NCBI GenBank assembly: GCA_964439625.1
Contig: CAYTPI010000020.1
Coordinates: 7,728-71,727, forward strand
DNA from: an uncultured Anaerolineae bacterium
GTDB taxonomy: Bacteria > Chloroflexota > Anaerolineae > Aggregatilineales > UBA3940
Direction of reading: 5' to 3'
DNA: 64,000 bases
Part shown: positions 58,926 to 64,000 of the stretch, in pieces
Layout: every line of letters starts with the position of its first letter
Position numbering within the stretch: position 1 is the stretch's first letter
Translations under genes and position numbers: made by a program
Notes under the pieces: generated by a model
The model's input: only the letters and a program-made list of their open reading frames with translations
What the model was told of the DNA's origin: nothing
The model's database searches: none

Positions 58926-59651
58926 TCAATAATCTCTCGGCCCGAATATAGCGGTGCCGACTCGAATAATGGTCGCACCTTCTTCAATAGCGACCCGATA
59001 GTCATTGGTCATTCCCATGGACAAGTGCTGCCAACTACCTTCCGGGATGTCAGTCTTGAGCGTGTCTTGAAGCTGGCGCATTTTTTCAAACACAGGCCTA
59101 ACTTCTTCAGGGTTATCGGCAAACGGTGCCATGGTCATTAAGCCAACAATATCGATCTTCGCGAAACTAAGAGCATTGCGCATTTGTGACGTAAATGTCT
59201 CATATTGCTTGGGCTCGCCAGGCCAGCGTGAAAGATCAAAGCCAGATTTACTATCTTCACCGCTTATATTAACCTGTACCAAGCACTTGATTGACTCCCC
59301 AGCCTCATCCAGCTTACGTGCGATCTTAAGGCGGTCAAGGGCGTGAAACCAGTCGAACAGGGGCGCAGCGTCTTTTGCTTTTCGGCTTTGAATACCACCA
59401 ACCATATGTAAGACAATATCGTCGGGCAGGTGCGTTATTTTTTCAGCAGCCTCAGCTACACGGTTTTCGCCAAAGTGCTTGATGCCAGCATTGTGAGCCG
59501 TCAGCATCGCTTCAATTGGGTGACGTTTACTCACTGCTACAATTATTATGTCGTCCAAGCTTCTGCCCGATGCTTCGGCGGCATGGAATACATTCTCACG
59601 CACTTGCTCAATATTCGTTGTAATTTGTTTTTGATCGGCTGAAGGTGTCAT
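58926..59651 (-). CDS. yggS: PLP homeostasis protein YggS/YlmE
   Basis: VAVSK (PLP Lys), FGENRV, GLMTM, LSMGMTNDY and IRVGTAIFG. Confidence 0.95.
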   Translation of the reverse strand: MTPSADQKQITTNIEQVRENVFHAAEASGRSLDDIIIVAVSKRHPIEAMLTAHNAGIKHFGENRVAEAAEKITHLPDDIVLHMVGGIQSRKAKDAAPLFDWFHALDRLKIARKLDEAGESIKCLVQVNISGEDSKSGFDLSRWPGEPKQYETFTSQMRNALSFAKIDIVGLMTMAPFADNPEEVRPVFEKMRQLQDTLKTDIPEGSWQHLSMGMTNDYRVAIEEGATIIRVGTAIFGPRDY

Positions 59652-60442
59652 AGAAGCATTATCATAGCACCAAAGCGGCCTGTTTTGCCGTATTCTGCAC
59701 GGTGCGAAAAGTACAAATCTGTATTTGAAGCGGTACTAATATTTGCTGTCTCAATCTGAGAAAGACCACATTCTTCGAGCAGCATGCGGTTCGCCGCCCA
59801 TAAATCTAAGTATGGGTTCGATGTATCTCCGTTCGGATAGGAAAATAAGGCAGCAGCGGTTCGCTCACCAAAGGCATCCTCAAATTCAGTTTTTATTTCT
59901 TCCCCAACCTCATAATCATTTGGCCCAATCGACGGCCCTATCACGGCAGTTATCGTGCGTGGGTTCGCATCGTATTGTTCGACCATTGCGTAGACGGTTT
60001 TCGCCGCTATTTTTGCGACTGTCCCACGCCAGCCTGCATGTGCAATGCCTACGACCCTGGCCTTGGGTTCAAAAAATAGAATTGGGACACAATCTGCAAA
60101 GCGCATTAACAAAGGTAAATGTGGCACATCAGTTATGATTGCATCACCTTCTGGGATGCTTTCATTTGGCGTTGGTTGAGAGACAGCCACCACGTGATGA
60201 CCATGTACCTGCCGAGTTGTTGCAATATTTTTTACGTCTGTGCCCAACATTTTTGCCATACGCTTTAAATTTTGTGTAACGTGAGCACGCTTATCACCAA
60301 CCGTCACACCAATGTTGAGGGTATTATAAGGCGCCTTGCTGAGGCCGCCTACTCTAGTAAATACAGCATGGGTAACGCCTACCTGCGCTGTTAACAAGAG
60401 TGATTGATACGCTAGAAGCCCATTTAGATCAGTGTATAACAT
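59648..60442 (-). CDS. pgeF: PgeF/YfiH/YlmD family (purine nucleoside phosphorylase-like)
   Basis: FTRVGG, QVHG, FADCVP, HAGWRG, IGPSIG..YEVG, DLW and FSHR. ATG at 60442; ATGA-coupled to yggS. Confidence 0.93.
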   Translation of the reverse strand: MLYTDLNGLLAYQSLLLTAQVGVTHAVFTRVGGLSKAPYNTLNIGVTVGDKRAHVTQNLKRMAKMLGTDVKNIATTRQVHGHHVVAVSQPTPNESIPEGDAIITDVPHLPLLMRFADCVPILFFEPKARVVGIAHAGWRGTVAKIAAKTVYAMVEQYDANPRTITAVIGPSIGPNDYEVGEEIKTEFEDAFGERTAAALFSYPNGDTSNPYLDLWAANRMLLEECGLSQIETANISTASNTDLYFSHRAEYGKTGRFGAMIMLL

Positions 60443-60640
60443 GTTAAAAAGTGTAGCGCGACAGCGAAAAAAGCCCAATGGATATGTCAGTTACTAACAT
60501 TTCTCTAAAAGAGCGTGCCATACTTGAGGGCCGCTTGTTACTTTAGTTAACAACACTTCGAGTAAAACATGCACGCATCTTTAAAGGTTGTAGATGTGAA
60601 ATATATGCATAATTGACTTGACGGGACAGGGGAAGTTTGC

Positions 60641-61345
60641 ATGGCTGATATACTAATCATTGATGATAATCCAGACATTCTCGGTACATTAGGCCTTGCC
60701 CTCGGCAAAGAAGGATATACCATTTCTTTAGCAGACTCAGCCCAAGACGCACATATCAAGCTGGCACAGGAAGTGCCAGACATGATCTTGTTGGATATCA
60801 TGATGCCGGGCCAAGATGGAATCAGCTTCTGTGGGGAACTTCGCCAGCAGGAGGCGTTTCGCTTAGTGCCGATCATTTTCATGAGCACATTATCCCAGAC
60901 CGACGATATTGTTCGCGGGCTTGATGCAGGCGGAGATGACTACATTACGAAACCAATCAGCTTCAAAGAACTAAGTGCTCGTGTCCGTAGTACACTCAGA
61001 CGTCGGGCTACCGTCGAACACGACGATAATCCGAATAAGCATCTCATCGAAGCAAACGGCCTACAACTTAACACACATACATTTCAGGTACAGATGCCAA
61101 CGGGTGAAGCTATTCAGTTAACGAGTACGGAGTATCGGCTCTTGCATTATTTGATGAATAATCCGGGGCAAGCCCATGGTGTTCATACATTGTTAGATGC
61201 CGTCTGGCATTACCCCAACGGCACCGGTGACCCTGACCTTGTACGTGCGCACATCCGCAACTTAAGGCAGAAGATCGAAGACGATCCCAAAAATCCGCTG
61301 TTCATACAGACGATCCACGGGATTGGTTATATGGTTCAGGCCTAA
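60641..61345 (+). CDS. OmpR/PhoB-family response regulator (no adjacent kinase)
   Basis: IDDN, LDIMMPG.DG, GGDDYITKP and winged helix LTSTEYRLL..VWHY..LVRAHIRNLRQKIE..TIHGIGY. Confidence 0.93.
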   Translation: MADILIIDDNPDILGTLGLALGKEGYTISLADSAQDAHIKLAQEVPDMILLDIMMPGQDGISFCGELRQQEAFRLVPIIFMSTLSQTDDIVRGLDAGGDDYITKPISFKELSARVRSTLRRRATVEHDDNPNKHLIEANGLQLNTHTFQVQMPTGEAIQLTSTEYRLLHYLMNNPGQAHGVHTLLDAVWHYPNGTGDPDLVRAHIRNLRQKIEDDPKNPLFIQTIHGIGYMVQA

Positions 61346-61445
61346 TCCAGATAACAAACTCTTTGCAAATAGAGTTAAAATAGTTACGATCTCAAGCATA
61401 CGATTATTGACGCGAGAAAGTGCGACCACTGTGCCTCCCCATAGC

Positions 61446-61997
61446 ATGGACATTCACTTAAATATCAAAATTAGACCAGCCAAAGAAGACGACTTAGCAA
61501 AATTAGAATGGGGAGGGGAATACTGGAAGTACCGTCGAATATTTGCGCGGACATACCAAGATCAAGTTGGGGGAAACCGACTAATGCTTGTCGCAGCAAC
61601 CAACGAATTCCCTATCGGGCAAATATTCGTTCAATTTACTAAAGGAAATGCAGCCTATGCTGACGGGCGCACCCGAGCCTACCTGTATGCGCTGCGGGTC
61701 ATGGAACCATTTCGCAGACAAGGGATTGGCACCAAGCTGATAGAGGCAGGGGAACGCGCTGCCTTAGACCAACATTTTTCAGTGGTCACAATTGCCGTCG
61801 CGAAAGACAACCCCGAAGCACTCCGCTTATATGAACGCCTTGGCTACACAAAGTTCGGAGAAGACCCTGGACGCTGGAGTTTTACCGACCCCGCAGGCAA
61901 AGTCCACCATATATCAGAGCCGTGTTATGCAATGTCTAAGCTCCTTAGTGATGTTAATGTGCCAGTTGCCACTAAGGTCAACGGCATCAGTAGGTAA
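61446..61997 (+). CDS. GNAT family N-acetyltransferase
   Basis: LRVMEPFRRQGIGTKL acetyl-CoA motif A and N.EALRLYERLGY motif B. ATG at 61446 (ORF track starts at 61323). Confidence 0.88.
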   Translation: MDIHLNIKIRPAKEDDLAKLEWGGEYWKYRRIFARTYQDQVGGNRLMLVAATNEFPIGQIFVQFTKGNAAYADGRTRAYLYALRVMEPFRRQGIGTKLIEAGERAALDQHFSVVTIAVAKDNPEALRLYERLGYTKFGEDPGRWSFTDPAGKVHHISEPCYAMSKLLSDVNVPVATKVNGISR

Positions 61998-62023
61998 GCG
62001 CAACTGATGCCTACGATACCCTC

Positions 62024-63703
62024 ATGAGCCTACTTCGTACACTGTTTGACAGGTATTATCTTGGCCTTGTGCTTGCGCTTGTCATCATGATTGGATTCAA
62101 GACCACTCTTCTCATCACAGATTCAATTACATTCGACTCCGATGAGGCCATCATTGGCCTGATGGCAAAGCATATTCTTGGCGGTGACCTGCCGCTTTTC
62201 TTTTATGGTCAAGCCTATATGGGTTCGCTGGATGCTTTGCTCGTCGCCGGAGCATTTGCGTTGCTGGGCCAGCAGGTTGTGGTGATTCGCGTGGTTCAAG
62301 TTGTACTTGGTGCTGGCGTCATCATTACGACATACACTCTTGCTTACCGGCTCACGCAACACGACAGTAACGACCTGCCCACTGGAACAGTTGCACTCGC
62401 AGGAACAATCGCTGCGATGCTGCTCGCCATCCCTCCTGTTTTATATAATCTATATACAACAGCAACGCTCGGCAACTACGTCGAGACGTTACTGCTTAAT
62501 AACATCATCTGGTTAATTGGCTTGGATATATTAACGGGTCAAAAGTCAGCAAGAGGTTGGTGGTTCGCACTTGGCCTGCTGGCGGGGATTGGCTGGTGGA
62601 GTATGGCCTTGATCGTCATCAGTATTGCGCCGCTAATGCTTGTTGGCGTCTGGAACTTTCGTAGGCGCCTGCCGATCCGACGCATTTTCTTTCTTATAGC
62701 AGGTTTTCTTGTGGGCGCCTTCCCTTGGATCATCGGTACATTTCAACTTGGGACAGAAGAAACCATCGGCGACGTATTAGGGGCTTTTGTCTCCGGCGGA
62801 CAGAGCGAGGCATCTTCAGAGCTTGCCGCAAGAGCCATCAATGCGCTCATATTTAACCTGCCTGCTACCTTCGGGCTACGGCCTCCTTGGGGGTTGACGT
62901 GGTTTGTGCTGCCCGTTGGCATACTTATTTGTATTATTTATCTCATCGTAAATTGGCGCGCCTTTCGACGTATTTGGCATAAAGAAGAAACAACTTATGT
63001 AAGATACGCCCTTGCCTGTTACATCGGCGGCATGGTACTGTTGATCGGGTTGTTCATCGGTAGCCCGTTCGGGAGAGATATTACAGGTCGGTATCTATTG
63101 CCATTGGTGCCTATCTTTGCCATTCTGTTAGGCAATTTTACCGGAAGAGCAGTGTCTGGCCTGGAAGTTGGTACAGGGTTTCAGCGCTATGTCTTACCTC
63201 CCCTAGGGGTAGCTATACTGTTGAGTTACAATCTAATTGGCAACGTTCACTCAATTCAAGAGAACCCTCCGGGATTAACCACCCAATTCGACCCGATCAG
63301 CCATATTCCACATGATCACGATGCGGATCTAATTGCATTTCTCGATTCGATTGACGTTAACCGCGGCTACAGTAACTATTGGTTAGCTTATCGCTTTGCC
63401 TTTATAACGGATGAAGACCTCATTCTGCTGCCGCGCATTCCCTATAAGAGCGACCTCAGCTATACGCCTGATGATAATCGCTACAAACCGTATAACGATT
63501 TGCTTGCGGAGGCGGACAGGGTAGTCTACATCACAGGCAATCATCCAACCCTTGATGCTGCCATGCGCAAACGGTTTCAAGACTTAGGGATTACGTTCAA
63601 AGAGCAAACAATTGGACCATACACTGTCTTTTACGACCTCCCTTTCCACATCACGCCAGAGGAACTAAGGGCTTTCGGTGTGACCACCGACCCGTCACTG
63701 TAA
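62024..63703 (+). CDS. GT39/PMT-like GT-C membrane glycosyltransferase
   Basis: [38 protein letters not shown] and YWLAYR motifs. Confidence 0.8.
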   Translation: MSLLRTLFDRYYLGLVLALVIMIGFKTTLLITDSITFDSDEAIIGLMAKHILGGDLPLFFYGQAYMGSLDALLVAGAFALLGQQVVVIRVVQVVLGAGVIITTYTLAYRLTQHDSNDLPTGTVALAGTIAAMLLAIPPVLYNLYTTATLGNYVETLLLNNIIWLIGLDILTGQKSARGWWFALGLLAGIGWWSMALIVISIAPLMLVGVWNFRRRLPIRRIFFLIAGFLVGAFPWIIGTFQLGTEETIGDVLGAFVSGGQSEASSELAARAINALIFNLPATFGLRPPWGLTWFVLPVGILICIIYLIVNWRAFRRIWHKEETTYVRYALACYIGGMVLLIGLFIGSPFGRDITGRYLLPLVPIFAILLGNFTGRAVSGLEVGTGFQRYVLPPLGVAILLSYNLIGNVHSIQENPPGLTTQFDPISHIPHDHDADLIAFLDSIDVNRGYSNYWLAYRFAFITDEDLILLPRIPYKSDLSYTPDDNRYKPYNDLLAEADRVVYITGNHPTLDAAMRKRFQDLGITFKEQTIGPYTVFYDLPFHITPEELRAFGVTTDPSL

Positions 63704-63762
63704 ACCCAACAAATATTAGCAGGCCAGGCAGTCAGATAAGCAATGTCATCAGCAGAGAGATG

Positions 63763-63867
63763 CAGGGACGGTTGATTGTGCTGATGACAATAGGCAACGA
63801 GACCAGCCAGTAAGTTGACAAGGAAGTTGTTTGAACGGCTGTGCTTGGAATGGTCAATCTGAGAGAT
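63763..63867 (-). mobile_element. IS982-family transposase C-terminal remnant
   Basis: Hand translation of the minus strand gives [35 protein letters not shown]. This resembles the IS982 C-terminal consensus as recalled (ISQIEHSRHRS..NF.VNL.AGL.AYC.QP.KPSL). No upstream DDE region is present. Confidence 0.7.
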
Positions 63868-63973
63868 GTAGGATTGTGCAAGATTATGGGCTTTATATAT
63901 ATATTCATTTATTGGTTGAGCGGCGGTATAGTGTATAAGGTGATTAAATTACTGTAATTCAAAGAAATAAGAT

Positions 63974-64000
63974 ATGTCACTTCAATTGCTATACGGTGAA
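63974..64000 (+). CDS. Possible 5' start of a CDS leaving the window
   Basis: ATG at 63974 (MSLQLLYGE) after an AT-rich promoter-like stretch; only 9 codons visible. Confidence 0.3.

Noticed and set aside
63704-63707. ACCC as the IS982 terminal inverted repeat end
   Set aside because: Only a 4-nt match with no partner end in the window; too short to support.
1-64000. tRNA, rRNA, CRISPR array, prophage or intact transposase
   Set aside because: No T-loop/acceptor-stem tRNA structure, rRNA conserved blocks, spaced repeats, phage structural genes or full DDE/Y1 transposase seen by inspection.

Overview
Gene-dense bacterial chromosomal window (about 55 CDSs, roughly balanced GC by eye). The protein styles (DegS/DegU-like pair, Tad motor with a receiver-CpaE hybrid, many large GT-C membrane proteins, Thr/Pro-linker lipoproteins) suggest Chloroflexota (Anaerolineae-like); this is inference only. 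Housekeeping genes include mscL, folC, lon, pth, mfd, hpf, comF, yggS/yggT/yggU and pgeF. The dominant accessory feature is a ~24 kb surface-glycosylation region (31.1-54.9 kb). It holds nine GT-C-like polytopic membrane proteins, an O-antigen-ligase-like/TPR protein, a WbaP-type priming transferase, a polyprenol-P-mannose synthase-like GT2, another GT2 and a Zn-ribbon SAM methyltransferase. Two more GT39-like genes lie at 7.5 and 62 kb. Within the region, an uncharacterised membrane protein plus a YfhO-like gene form an A-B-A-B tandem module, and one A copy has an in-frame TAA. Other notable points: a degU-degS-cpaE-cpaF-tadB-tadC-comF-hpf run whose kinase has lost its N- and G1-box residues; a TyrA fused to a divergent, ACT-less prephenate-dehydratase-like domain; a GT2 that appears to need an ATT start; a NACHT-HEAT protein with a Walker A K-to-R change; REP-like hairpins; and an IS982 transposase C-terminal remnant at the right edge. 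No rRNA, tRNA or CRISPR array was seen. All family assignments are by motif recognition; no database searches were run.
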